A stretch of 54,985 nucleotides of DNA, counting the filler, from Stramenopiles sp. TOSAG23-2 (lineage: Eukaryota), in NCBI GenBank assembly GCA_900128395.1. It is 4 parts of 4 records of this genome, joined end to end, with 100 filler letters (N's around TTAATTAATTAA, not from the genome) between each part and the next. Parts side by side here need not be neighbours in the genome. Positions count along the whole stretch, not along the records: positions 1 to 13,719 come from LT649789.1; 3 more parts are not named here. One strand, written 5' to 3'. This document shows, piece after piece, positions 1 to 12,000 of this stretch; position 1 is the stretch's first letter; each line of letters starts with the position of its first letter. The notes below the pieces were generated by a model, which was given only the letters and a program-made list of their open reading frames with translations, ran no database searches and was not told the DNA's origin. The position numbers were made by a program, and so were the translations under genes.

Positions 1-612
1 TGATATAGATGGATTGGTATGTGTGCGTGATCTTCTATAGATCTATCCATCTTCTTTCTATATAGAATATATGAGGAGGATAATAATAATAATTGTTGCA
101 ATGTGCCAATGCACCACCAATAATAAAAAAAAAAAAATAATAATAATTGTTGTTGTGCAACTTGTGTTGCAATTCTTCTATGAGGACGGATGATATACAA
201 CGCTACAACACATCATATGCTATTTGTTATTACTACCTGCTGTGATAGTGCTATATAATAGTACAATAACCTTAACCTTCTTCTCATAAAAACTCCTCTC
301 CTCCCCATAAGAACTCGTCTCTATGATGAAGATGGTTGAGCAGCAGCATCCATCTAGTCTAAAATAAACAACAACTTCACCACAACACCATCACATCATT
401 ACATATCTCCACCACACATCTAATATATGTCACATATTTTATTAGAAGTAATATTATTATATATACCTATTGAATAATTTGATTATATACGTACCGATGA
501 TGAACAATTGTATATATATAGACACAAATATATGAACTATTAAATAAGAATAATATAATAATAACAATTATCAAACGTGAAGAAAATATTATTACAACGA
601 TATTTAAAAAAA

Positions 613-2958
613 ATGGCAGCTATGGCAACAAATCAACCATGGAACGCAAATTCAGAAAAAGAATGTCATGGGGAAAGGTGGTCTAGACCAGAAGGTTATC
701 CAACAGGTATATTTGTTAGAAATAGTTTATGTACAATAGGTCAAGATGCAACAAATAGCGATATTGTTGAATTAGTCACGATGGAAAAAAACCATTTGAA
801 ATTTTATATCTGTGGACCAACTGTGTATGCATTATCACATTTAGGACATGCAAGAGCATATTTAACATTTGATATTGTTAGGCGTGTATTGGAAGATTAT
901 TTTGGTTTAGATGTCACAGTTGTTATGAATATAACTGATGTGGACGATAAAATAATTAAACGTGGCAGGGAAGGATATTTGTACAATAAATTTTGTACTG
1001 ATAATTCAATCAATACAGACAATGCGAATGTGGAAGAAGCAACGAAAACATTGACATTAGTCGGGGATCATACTTTGAAAGTTGCACAGAAAAAATATGA
1101 TGGTGCAGATACAGATGAGGAACGTGCTTTATATCAAAAACGTATTAATGAAGCAAAAGCAATTATTGCAAAGATAAATGATCTTGGTGCAAATGGTTCG
1201 TTGAAAGAGTTTGTACCATCGATTAAAGGGCAAATTGGAGAATATTTAGATGCTGTATATGGCAATGAAGTACGTGATAAAAAAATATTTGATAAATTAG
1301 CAAAAGAAAATGAAAAGGCATATTTTGAAGATATGGAAAATTTAGGAATACGACCACCAGCCATTATTACACGTGTATCAGAATATGTACCAGAGATTGT
1401 TGACTTTACACAACGTATAATTGACAATGGTTATGGCTATGAAAGCAACGGAAGTGTATATTTCGATACAAAAGCATTTAAAGATGCGGGGCATGTCTAT
1501 CGTAAATTAGTTCCACCGGCTGAAAATGCAGATGCAAAAAAAGATTTGGAATTGTTACAAGAAGGGGAAGGTGCATTATCAAAAGGTACATCGGAGAAAC
1601 GAAATGAATACGATTTCGCTTTGTGGAAAGCAGGTAAACCAGGTGAACCAACATGGGATTCTCCATGGGGTGAAGGTAGACCGGGATGGCATATTGAATG
1701 CAGTGCTATGGGATTATCCGTCTTTGGTAATGGCAATATGGACATGCATGCTGGTGGGATTGATTTACGATTTCCACACCATGACAATGAATTAGCACAA
1801 AATGAAGCATGTTTTTGCCACCATCAATCGGTTAATTACTTTTTACATGCTGGACATTTGCACATAGATGGTTTAAAAATGTCTAAATCATTGAAAAATT
1901 TCACTACTATCCGTGCTGGATTGGAATCATCGACTGCAAATCAAATCCGCATGTTGTTTTTATTAAACGCATGGGATAAATCCATGAATTTTAGCAACGA
2001 CCAATTTGAACAAGCAGTAGCATTGGAAAAACGCTTTAGTGATTATTTTCAAAATATTAAAGTATATTTGCGTGGTCAAAAAGCTGGCACACCTAAGAAA
2101 TGGTCTGCAAATACATTGGAACTCAAGTTGTGGCAAGAATATACACAAATTATGAAAAATGTTCGTGTACATTTACAAAATAATCTCAATACAAATGCTG
2201 CAATCAATGAGTTGCTTGAATTGGTTGGTAAAGTAAATACATATTTAAGCCAAGTCAAAGATTCTGCTCAAGGTTATTTGCTTTTGACGATTTCCCAATA
2301 CATCATGCGCATTTTGAAATGTTTTGGATTAACTGATGAAGCATTCGATAATTGGATGATTGGGGAATCATTAGGAAATGCATCTAAATTAGGTACTGGA
2401 CTTGGCAAAGCTGTTGGAAAAAAAGGTAGCGACGGTGACAACAACGGTTCAATGGATAGGGAAGAAGTTTTGACACCATTTCTTAACATTCTATCATCCT
2501 TTCGTGACTCTGTACGCGATGCTGCAGCGAAAGGTACAGATAAGCAAGCTTTATTTGCTTTATGTGATCAAGTTAGAAAGGAATTAATAGAAAAAGGTGT
2601 GAAATTGGAAGATCGCACTGGGCAATCTACTGCAATTAAGTTTGGAGATGCAGATGCCATGAAAGCAGAAGAGGCAAGAAAAGCTCAAGCAGCAGAAGCT
2701 AAGCGTAAGAAGAAAGAAGCTGCTAAATTAAAAAGAGAACAAGAAGCAGCTGCAAAATTAGCGCAGGCAAAGATACCCCCAAATGAATTCTTCAAAACTG
2801 TTCATAGCAAAGACTACAGTCAATTTGATGACGAAGGAATGCCAACACACGATGCAAAAGGAGAAGAGCTCAAGAAAAGTAAATTAAAAAAATTGAAAAA
2901 AATATATGCTGCACAAACAAAAGCATATGGAAAATATATGAAATCACAACAAGCATAA
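613..2958 (+). CDS. CARS1: Cysteinyl-tRNA synthetase, cytosolic eukaryotic type
   Basis: YICGPTVY..SHLGHAR (HIGH-like), NITDVDDKII, GRPGWHIECSAM, FPHHDNE and KMSKS motifs, plus a Lys-rich eukaryotic C-terminal extension. The ORF track starts at GTG 577; the first ATG is at 613. Confidence 0.97.
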   Translation: MAAMATNQPWNANSEKECHGERWSRPEGYPTGIFVRNSLCTIGQDATNSDIVELVTMEKNHLKFYICGPTVYALSHLGHARAYLTFDIVRRVLEDYFGLDVTVVMNITDVDDKIIKRGREGYLYNKFCTDNSINTDNANVEEATKTLTLVGDHTLKVAQKKYDGADTDEERALYQKRINEAKAIIAKINDLGANGSLKEFVPSIKGQIGEYLDAVYGNEVRDKKIFDKLAKENEKAYFEDMENLGIRPPAIITRVSEYVPEIVDFTQRIIDNGYGYESNGSVYFDTKAFKDAGHVYRKLVPPAENADAKKDLELLQEGEGALSKGTSEKRNEYDFALWKAGKPGEPTWDSPWGEGRPGWHIECSAMGLSVFGNGNMDMHAGGIDLRFPHHDNELAQNEACFCHHQSVNYFLHAGHLHIDGLKMSKSLKNFTTIRAGLESSTANQIRMLFLLNAWDKSMNFSNDQFEQAVALEKRFSDYFQNIKVYLRGQKAGTPKKWSANTLELKLWQEYTQIMKNVRVHLQNNLNTNAAINELLELVGKVNTYLSQVKDSAQGYLLLTISQYIMRILKCFGLTDEAFDNWMIGESLGNASKLGTGLGKAVGKKGSDGDNNGSMDREEVLTPFLNILSSFRDSVRDAAAKGTDKQALFALCDQVRKELIEKGVKLEDRTGQSTAIKFGDADAMKAEEARKAQAAEAKRKKKEAAKLKREQEAAAKLAQAKIPPNEFFKTVHSKDYSQFDDEGMPTHDAKGEELKKSKLKKLKKIYAAQTKAYGKYMKSQQA

Positions 2959-3107
2959 AAATTTATAGTAAATATAATAAAATATTATATTACATGATAA
3001 ATATTATAAAAATAGATGAGAAATCATTAAAACTCTATACGCGAATCGTATATTTTACACTCTCTAATCACACACCACACACATTTATAATAGTAATGCA
3101 TAAAAAA

Positions 3108-5645
3108 TTAACCTTTATAATCATCACTAAGATAAATTAACATGACTCTCCTCATATTTTCTTGTCCATTAATTTCCATCATCTTTTGATTTTTCGGACG
3201 CAATTGAACTTCACTTGATGCTACAAAACTGTTTTTTTTATTACCATCTCCAACGCCATTACCGGTGCCTTCAATAGGTTCATAAGTGTTTGTATACGTA
3301 AACACGCGTGAAAATACTTCTGCCAATGCAAATGCTGTTACATTATTAATTGCACTTTTCTCTAAAATTTCTTTCAAGTAAACTATAATATATACAAATA
3401 CATTATGATTCACAGGAGGTATTTTTTCCATAATCACTGTGCAAAGTTCTGGGGTTACATGATCTTCTTTGATATCCGCAAGTTCATTTGTTAATGGAAT
3501 AATTGGTGTGGCTAAGTTACCTATAAATTCAAGCAATGTAGTAGCAAATGCATGTGCAGATGTGCGACTATTGAATTCACTACCAGTATCTAATGCTTCC
3601 CTAACCGCTTCACATTCTAAAACATCACCATCTTCCAGAAATATATTTTTCACATCACTTGCCTTTACTTTAACAAGCGCATCGATCAACCGCCACAATT
3701 CCGTAGGAACGCTAACAGGTTTTGGTGTATAATTATTATCATTTGTCTTACGCATGCGTATTGCAGCTGAATCTTCCACTAATTTATTCATAGACATGCC
3801 AAAACAAGTTGGTAGCATATTTCCACGAATACTAATAAAAAAATCTGGCCCATTTGCAAATCTTAAAATTAATATATCATCCAATGTTTCCCTACCACTA
3901 TTGAACGCATGCATGGTTCTTCCATCTAAACATGCTGTTACTTCAAATGTCACACTTTCTCCAGGCAAGATCATACCATATGAAGGCCGCAATGAAATCC
4001 ACGATTTGCAAAATTCCAATTCTTCTAACTTTGGCACAAATCTATATGTAGCGCGAACACCGCCAATATTTTTCAATACAATAGTTTCCGTTTTTTGCAC
4101 TTTATAGTGTAAATCTTTGAATTCAACTTCACGATTTTTCATCTCTAATTTTGGCATTGCATCATTTTCCCATTTATCTAAAGTACGTACTATCTCTTTG
4201 TACACGGTAACTTGAGTATCACGCTGAATTGTCTTCGCTTGCATTGAAAAAACAGCAGTTACAGGTTTATGATCTGAAATTAACACTTTATCATTTTTAA
4301 TATATGTCAAAAGTTCTAACATTTTTTTCGTTTCACCATTCTTGTTATGTACCATTTTATCATTGCCACTTCGTACATGCCATAAAACACGATCGCACCA
4401 TGCTGGCACTCGCATTTTTTTCTCTTTACGATTATCATATTCCGATGTACCAGGTATAAATTTATAAGAAGGCTCGAACGATATTAAACCTTCCTCAAAA
4501 TCTTGAAAACATCTTCCTTCACGTCGTTCACGGTTTAATTGATCCCATTTCAATAAATATTGTATATCACCAACATTTAATTTTTTATATACCTCCTCTA
4601 AGCTAACAGCTTTTACTAATCTATAATTTAAATCACCTAGCCATATAACAATATCATGATCAAGGATACCAAACGTATCGTTTGCTTCATTACTATTGCT
4701 GTTGTTGTTAGAGCTGTTATTTTTATGATCTCCTTCATCCATTGATTCTCTGTATCGAATATCATGATGATGTGAATTTGATAAATCTTTCATATATGAG
4801 GTCATTATATTTTCACTATCATTATTATTTACATCTTCTTTAAATTTAGTTTTACTAAGTATGCTTGCATAGTCATGATTTCTTCCGGTAACATTTCCAC
4901 GGTGAGCAGCTAAATGCGAGCATACAAAACACAATGTAGAATCATAAAAACGAAAACGTATGGACGACCCACCTTTATTTCCAACGACACCAAAAATACC
5001 TGTTGCAGAATTAACCATTTGTATGTTTTTTATATGATTCCGATGTTTTCCCGCTACATATATGCATATCGCTATACCGACTAAATGTTTATACGCTATT
5101 AATTCATACGATGTATCTTTACCTTTTCCTATATCATTTAAATATAAACCTAACATTTTCCCCCATTCACAGGTTCTTTTTTCACTTTCGGTTTCTGAAA
5201 TGGCATTTGCAGCATTTAAATCGACAATTTCTTGAAATCCTATGACGTATATGTCTGGCAATGCAACATTATAATCATTATTCTCATATTTATTATTCAT
5301 ATTTAACCATTCACGTATACCAGTACTAGTTGGTTTTTTCCCATTCACATTAAATGTCCCGACAAATATAGATGAATTGTTATATATAGAGAACGATTCC
5401 TCTTTTTCCCTCATTTGCTTTCGTATCCAATCATCTCGTATATATGCTGTTATTAATTTCGATTTATTTTCCAGTGCTTTTCGTTCAGCTTCCTCTGATT
5501 GCGAGGAACTATTATTTGAAAACTGTGGCATATGTTCTAACATTCTTATTGTTTGTGGAACTAATCTAGTAAAAACATTTTTTTTTTGTCGTGGTGTGGA
5601 GGGTTTATTATTATCATTCTTATTACTTGATGCAAACGATGACAT
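3108..5645 (-). CDS. OCRL: OCRL/INPP5B-type inositol polyphosphate 5-phosphatase with ASH and RhoGAP-like domains
   Basis: GTFNVNG, GFQEIV, GNKGG, CSHLAA, WLGDLNYR, PAWCDRVLW and SDHKPV 5-phosphatase motifs, followed by an ASH region (LDDILILR) and a RhoGAP-like C-terminus (VPTELWRLID). Confidence 0.95.
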   Translation of the reverse strand: MSSFASSNKNDNNKPSTPRQKKNVFTRLVPQTIRMLEHMPQFSNNSSSQSEEAERKALENKSKLITAYIRDDWIRKQMREKEESFSIYNNSSIFVGTFNVNGKKPTSTGIREWLNMNNKYENNDYNVALPDIYVIGFQEIVDLNAANAISETESEKRTCEWGKMLGLYLNDIGKGKDTSYELIAYKHLVGIAICIYVAGKHRNHIKNIQMVNSATGIFGVVGNKGGSSIRFRFYDSTLCFVCSHLAAHRGNVTGRNHDYASILSKTKFKEDVNNNDSENIMTSYMKDLSNSHHHDIRYRESMDEGDHKNNSSNNNSNSNEANDTFGILDHDIVIWLGDLNYRLVKAVSLEEVYKKLNVGDIQYLLKWDQLNRERREGRCFQDFEEGLISFEPSYKFIPGTSEYDNRKEKKMRVPAWCDRVLWHVRSGNDKMVHNKNGETKKMLELLTYIKNDKVLISDHKPVTAVFSMQAKTIQRDTQVTVYKEIVRTLDKWENDAMPKLEMKNREVEFKDLHYKVQKTETIVLKNIGGVRATYRFVPKLEELEFCKSWISLRPSYGMILPGESVTFEVTACLDGRTMHAFNSGRETLDDILILRFANGPDFFISIRGNMLPTCFGMSMNKLVEDSAAIRMRKTNDNNYTPKPVSVPTELWRLIDALVKVKASDVKNIFLEDGDVLECEAVREALDTGSEFNSRTSAHAFATTLLEFIGNLATPIIPLTNELADIKEDHVTPELCTVIMEKIPPVNHNVFVYIIVYLKEILEKSAINNVTAFALAEVFSRVFTYTNTYEPIEGTGNGVGDGNKKNSFVASSEVQLRPKNQKMMEINGQENMRRVMLIYLSDDYKG

Positions 5646-5901
5646 ATTTCTTATTTCTAATATACTTTTTCTTGTTTATCTTTGTCTCTCTCTCTCTCTC
5701 TCTTGTTCTAGAATATATATATATATCTATATCTTCTACCTTCTTATAGGTATACTTCTATCATCTATTCATCTATTAATATATAGATATCGATTTAGAT
5801 TATGTGCCGCCTGAATGATAATATGGAGTGCTGGAGTGCTGGAGTGCTGGCACACACACAGGATGCACACAGTTGGCCACACACATACAGGGCCACAGCA
5901 C

Positions 5902-5910
5902 TACCTGGTA
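5902..5910. promoter_or_regulatory. Candidate upstream element TACCWGGTA
   Basis: Interrupted palindrome 257 bp upstream of the OCRL ATG, in a GC-richer intergenic island. Related copies lie at similar distances upstream of three other genes. Confidence 0.4.
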
Positions 5911-6580
5911 CAGCATGACCATAGCATTATCGATAGTGGCCCACAGACAGCACACAGACAGAGCACACAGATCTGGGTGGATCTCTATATATAGTCTCTA
6001 GGCCGATCTCCCTGTTGTGTGCTTGTTGTGGCTCGCGGCTGATGATACTGATCTCCAGATCTCCGGATGGCACGACAAAGACAATGCGTTCGACGTATTT
6101 TGACACCAATGCAAACGAATTTCAACCCAACTCAATTGCGTGATGATAATGGACCATTAACCCATTTCATGCAAAGTAGAAAGGAAATATTTATGAGTAC
6201 ACAAAAACATAAGAAAAACAAGTTGAAAGAGGAGAGACAGAAAAAAAATGCAGATAAAAATTTGTAAAAAATCTATAGCGAGCTAAATTTGAGAAGATAA
6301 ATAGAGAGGAAAAAGATTTTAATCGCCTGTATATGTGATCAAACTTAAATTTATGTCAAATATTATATATTATTTAATTTGTTTTACATTCACACACGCA
6401 TAATTTTTTATAAATTATAATATATACGAATATATTATAATAATAAAAATATTTTTTTAAAATTTACCTCTCTATGATAATTCCTACTCTTCAAAAAGAT
6501 TACGAACGTACTCGTATATTTTATATGATCAATAAATAAAATTATATTTTAAAAAAATAAAAATATCATTGTGACATTTT

Positions 6581-7612
6581 TTAATTCTCTTTCTTATTTG
6601 AATCAAGATATCGTTTTGCATACCCTTTAGCGACATAATCAAACCATATATGAAATGGTATCATAACAATTGCAATAATTGGCAACAAAAGTACCTCAAG
6701 AATAGGAAATGTACGTGGAGTAACACCAGTCATGCCCCATATTAATAAATTTTGTAAATAATCTGGAGATTGTATGTGATAATCATTATGTGATATGCCA
6801 TAAATTAATGATAATGCTACAGATTCAGAACTATATGCATCCCCAGGGAAACAATCTTTCGTTTCTTGTGGTTTCTTTTCATTTTCTAACTTGAATCCTG
6901 GTGTATCCGTGTCTGGTGGGTATGCCATTGATACTTGAATATTAAAACCACTCAATTCGTTACGTAAAGAGTCGGCAAGACCACGTAATGCAAATTTAGT
7001 TGGCGCATAAGAGCTATACCCAATAAAAGATACAACAGATGCTGCTGATCCAATAATGCAAATATTACCTTTTCTTTTAGCAACCATATATGGTGCGACT
7101 GCTTTAATTGCATGCACGTTTCCTAAATAATTTAACTCAATAGTAAATTTGAACGTCTCTACATCTTGATCTAGAAAATACCCTGGAACTGCTTGCCCAG
7201 CAGCTGTAATTAAAATATCTGGCTCCCCGATAGTAACAGCAGCTTCATCAATAGCATCTTTCACAGACTCAAATTTGGTAACATCCATAGAGACATAGAT
7301 AATCTGCTGCTCCTCATTTATTGTGCATTCTTTAATTTCTTTCACTGCTTTAATTAACTTTGATTCAGTTCGAGCAAATATGCAAATATTAGCACCCAAC
7401 TTCGCATACTCCTTTGCAACGGATAATCCTATGCCTGTTGAACCGCCAGTTATATATACAGATTTACCATTAGCTTTTTCTACTCGTGAGCATGTCCACC
7501 GATATAAAAATAAAAATGTAACAATTGTAACGTAAGATATAACTAGAAGTGTTGTATTATTATAATCGGTTAATAATTTTGTAGCTGTGGTTGTGAGAGC
7601 GTTCAGCGACAT
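6581..7612 (-). CDS. KDSR: 3-ketodihydrosphingosine reductase (KDSR/TSC10-like SDR)
   Basis: N-terminal TM helix, ITGGSTGIG Rossmann motif, YSSYAPTKFALRGLADSLRNE (YxxxK), family motif YPPDTDTPGF..EN, and a C-terminal hydrophobic segment. Confidence 0.9.
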   Translation of the reverse strand: MSLNALTTTATKLLTDYNNTTLLVISYVTIVTFLFLYRWTCSRVEKANGKSVYITGGSTGIGLSVAKEYAKLGANICIFARTESKLIKAVKEIKECTINEEQQIIYVSMDVTKFESVKDAIDEAAVTIGEPDILITAAGQAVPGYFLDQDVETFKFTIELNYLGNVHAIKAVAPYMVAKRKGNICIIGSAASVVSFIGYSSYAPTKFALRGLADSLRNELSGFNIQVSMAYPPDTDTPGFKLENEKKPQETKDCFPGDAYSSESVALSLIYGISHNDYHIQSPDYLQNLLIWGMTGVTPRTFPILEVLLLPIIAIVMIPFHIWFDYVAKGYAKRYLDSNKKEN

Positions 7613-7939
7613 ATCTATTGTATCTAGAATATATATCTTTGAATATATATTGTTGTTATAAGATTACATGTGTAATGAATGTATATTGCTTTCTTCTTGT
7701 GTTTCTATATTTTATACAACAATAATAATAATAAAAATGATGATGATTTTTTTGACGAAGAAAAAAAGATACCTGTAAAGATATATAGTAGAAGAATAAA
7801 AAACACATCATACACAAGAACAATAATAATATCAAACAATAATTGATAATAGATATACAGAAAACATATACATGAATACAAACACAAATACAAGTAGACG
7901 AAAGATAAAAAAGAAATTGCAACAAGTTGTGCCATAAAG

Positions 7940-8812
7940 ATGGCATTAATAGGACGGAACGCTGTTATATTTGGTGTGGCAAATCAATGGTCCTTAGCAT
8001 GGGCAGTTGCAAAGAAATGGCACCAATCTGGAGCAAATCTAGCATTAGTTTGTGCAAGTGATAGAATTGCAGGATCTGTAAAAGGGCTTGTTGAAAGGCA
8101 ACATATAGAATTAAACAATGGCGATAATCATAGTAGAAGTAGCAACGCTGTAGCATCGTCTGGAGGAACGATTTTTGACATGACTGTACATACCTGCGAC
8201 ATAACAAGTGACAAGGAGGTTAAAGATCTCATACAAGAACTAAATGATGAACGATTTTCAAATGGAAAATTACATAATGTATTACATTCAGTTGCATTTT
8301 CACCAACTGGAACATTAACGAAGCATTATACTGATATCAATTTTGATGAGTATTCAAAAACGCAAGATGCATCAGCGTTTTCATTAGTGAGAGTCTGTAA
8401 ACATGCAAAGTCAATGCTAGTTGCCGGTGGCCAAGATCTGGAAGGTGGGGCAAGCATTTTATCTCTTACATTCATTGGGAGTACACAAATTATTCCAAAT
8501 TATCATGTTGTCGGCGTTGCAAAAAGTTCTTTAGAAAGTAGTACAAGATATTTAGCAGCAGAGTTTGGTGAACATAATGTTCGTGTTAATACTATAAGTC
8601 CTGGACCAATAAATACAGCAGCAGCACGAGGAATACCTAACTTTCGTGATTTTGAAAAAAATGTAAAAGAAAAGACATTACTTAAAAGAAATACTATGCC
8701 AGAAGATGTTGCATCAGTAGCAACATTTTTAGCAAGTGATAATTCATCTTGTATTACCGGCCAAACATTGTATATAGATTGTGGTTTTAATGTTACATCA
8801 CCTGCAACATGA
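7940..8812 (+). CDS. fabI: Enoyl-ACP reductase, FabI type
   Basis: GVANQWSLAW N-terminus, HSVAFSP, SAFSL, NYHVVGVAKSSLE (Y-x6-K), RVNTISPGPINT and ITGQTLYIDCG. No N-terminal targeting extension. Confidence 0.9.
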   Translation: MALIGRNAVIFGVANQWSLAWAVAKKWHQSGANLALVCASDRIAGSVKGLVERQHIELNNGDNHSRSSNAVASSGGTIFDMTVHTCDITSDKEVKDLIQELNDERFSNGKLHNVLHSVAFSPTGTLTKHYTDINFDEYSKTQDASAFSLVRVCKHAKSMLVAGGQDLEGGASILSLTFIGSTQIIPNYHVVGVAKSSLESSTRYLAAEFGEHNVRVNTISPGPINTAAARGIPNFRDFEKNVKEKTLLKRNTMPEDVASVATFLASDNSSCITGQTLYIDCGFNVTSPAT

Positions 8813-9029
8813 AAATATTCGCGTATATTTTACACGCAGAAGAAGTATGTAAATCAATGGGTACAAAGTCGTATGATAGCGCTAGAGAATTTTTATTATA
8901 AAAAGATTTACATTTTTTTTTTACATTTTAAATGCATACACGCTTGTCGCCATTTACAACACGCGTTAATGGCATTATGATATGCCATATGCACATGATA
9001 TATATACGCGTACCAAGTCGTACTGATAC

Positions 9030-12000
9030 TCATTCATTTAAAACTTTCACACCTTTACCATATTTCACTTGCCCTTTACCATTGCTAACAATAATATTTT
9101 TATCAATTAACGCACGGAAAGAATTTCCTTCGAGATGAATCCCGTATGATTTATTATCTTTAACTCTTGACTTTGAAAGCACTAAACGACCATTGCTATT
9201 CCCATAAATTCCCGTACCAGCGTTCTCTGCAACGTTTGAGTTATTAATAACTATTTTACTACCATCTAAGATTTTTACTCCATCTGCATTCAACCCTTTG
9301 ACTTCGCTGTCTGTCACAAATGCTTCACTGTTTTTATGAATTTCCAAGCCAGTAGTTTTAATCTTGATAAATGGAGAATTTGTGCCAATTAGACTACAAT
9401 AATACATTCTAATTTTACAATTGTGTTCAAGCTTTAATATAGGAACGGCATCTACAGCATTATTCTTGCCTTTTTTCTTCGTAGTGGTGGTGGTGGTGGT
9501 ACTGCTACTACTACTACTACCATTATTTTCATCCACACCCTTTTCATCTTGACGTGCACGAGAAAATTGAACTCCAAGAAAAACACAACTGCTTTTATTT
9601 GTCAATTTATATGATTCATCATTCTTCAAAATGCAATTTACCAAAGGTGTTTTTAAAGCACCATCAATACTGACGCTTTTATATGAGCCAGGGTTGTCCT
9701 CTTCATTTAATGGGCGTATTCCATGATATATGTCACCTTCTCCATCACCAGCAATGAAGCGAACTTTCTTCGAAATTTCCACTGACCCTTCATTATAAGC
9801 ACCAGGTTCTATCGCGATAGCTTCACCATCAATAGCTTGGGCAAGTGCTTCAGTTATGGTATCAAAAATTCTATCTTTTACGGTAATATCAAATATACTC
9901 TTTTGAGAATGATGTGTTCTTGGCAAACCAATACCAGAATCCCCCATTCCATATTCAAAAAACCAATCATCACCCCATAATTTTGTCGATCTAAAATGGT
10001 TACCATCTCCAGGTGCAGCACGTAATTTATAATTTGGTATGACTCTTAGCCACATCGAGCGGTGTTGAACAACTGTGTACCAGTGTAAACATACCATGGA
10101 GGAGGATAAACGATCTTTAGTACCGCAATATAAAAGAATTAAACGTAATAAAGCTGGAGGAAAACCACCAAAAAGTAGTTGACGAGCATCTACTTGAGCA
10201 TCTCGAATTGCTAAGACCAGCGGTTTTGTCCATGTACATTTTCCTGTGCGCGAATTGAAATAATAATTTCTTTTCAATTTCTCGTCAAAATATAATGTCC
10301 ACTCACCACCACTTACACGCCTGCGCTTCTCTTCATGATCCCGTGATTCGCGCAAATTCAGAAACAATCGCTTGCTTCTACCGTAACCACGTTTACTTGG
10401 CGCTGCGCGAACATAATCGGTGGAAGTTTCTAATTCTTTTTCCTCTTTGATACGTTGAAGCTCAATTTGTTCGACTTCCCATTCTCTATTAGACGCTTCT
10501 AACATAACCTCTTTTCTCCATGCGTCCGCAGCTGCATTATTCCATATTGGTTCCATATCTTGTCTGTAATGAATAGCATATCGATCTATCGGCCGTAAAG
10601 CACTTTCTAGTGCTTGCATAGCATTGGATTCATCATTTCCTTGCCACAGTTTGATTAAATTTTGCTCTAGCATTTCATTTTCCTTCTCTGCGGCTTCTGC
10701 CATGGCAGCTGCTTGCGCTTTCTTGGATATTTTTGGTTTAGCAGCATCTTCCACCGCATCTACTTCCAGTTTTTTCGTTTCATCAAATTCTGCTACATCC
10801 TTCATTCTTTCCTTGGCAGTAGCAGCAATTGCTTTTTGATCATCATCATCTTCTGCGGCTGCCATTGCTTTTACGGCGTCTTCTTCATCTTCGTCTTCTC
10901 GAATTACTGCCCCTGTCCCTTCTAATAAATCCTTCATATCAGACGCTTTTGGCCCACCTGCTGATGATCCAGCGAAAAAATCAGTCGTAAATTTCCCTTG
11001 CTCAATCGATAGCATATTTAAATGTCTTTTTTGGTTAGCTTTCATAATAATGTTCTCCTCAACTGTATGTTCAGTAACGAGTCTATAAATATGGACATCT
11101 CTTGTCTGGCCAATACGATGAGCACGATCTTGAGCCTGGGCATCCATTGCTGGATTCCAGTCAGTATCATAAAATATTACAGTATCTGCACCAACTAAAT
11201 TGATTCCTAAGCCACCACTTCTTGTTGACAAAATAAAGGAAAAGATTTTAGGGTCTCTATTAAATCGTTCAGTCAAAGATTGGCGCTTTTCAACATGGGT
11301 AGCACCATCTAAACGAAAGTATGTATGTCCATGTAAACACATAAAATTCTCTAATACATTTAACATTTTCGTCATTTGTGTAAATATTAAACATCTGTGC
11401 CCCTCTCGCTTTAACCGATGCAAAAGCTTATCAAGTACTTGTAATTTCCCACAATCATATTGCACCAGCCATTTGTCTGGGAAAAGAACACGGCGCATCA
11501 TCATCGACACATGGCATGCTCTTAACAGATGATCATTTTCGGCAAATTTCTTTAAAGCCTTTCGTGTTCTGCGACGATTCACTTTCATCATTGGAAACTC
11601 TCGCGTACGATGCACATCTGGACGAGGAGCAGCTGCTGGAGGTATGTAAAGGATAAACTTTTCAACTGTTGGCATGATGCGAATAGTTCTCTCATAATGG
11701 GTCAAAATTAATTTTCTTAGGTATGAAGTGTAATTGAAGTATTCGCGTGGATTTTTAGCCTTTCGTATTGCATCATCTGCATCTCCCCTAACAAAACATG
11801 CATGGATCAACGATTTGTTATACATTGCATATGTGGATGTCGGACCAAAACATCGCATTCGATTGATTCGCAACAAAAGATTTCGCCTTTTATTTTTTTC
11901 TTTCTCCTTTATAAAGTGTATTGACTTACTTGTTTTTATCAAAGTATTTATTGCATTATTATTGCCATTTCCGTTTGTTTGAGGCAAAAAATTGCGCAAG

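Noticed and set aside
194-206. 13-mer TATACAACGCTAC shared with 31335-31347, upstream of two tRNA-related genes
   Set aside because: A single 13-mer match is plausible by chance in this much AT-rich DNA, and its orientation relative to the genes differs.
6067-6267. 66-aa Lys-rich ORF
   Set aside because: No recognisable motif and low complexity; cannot be supported without expression data.
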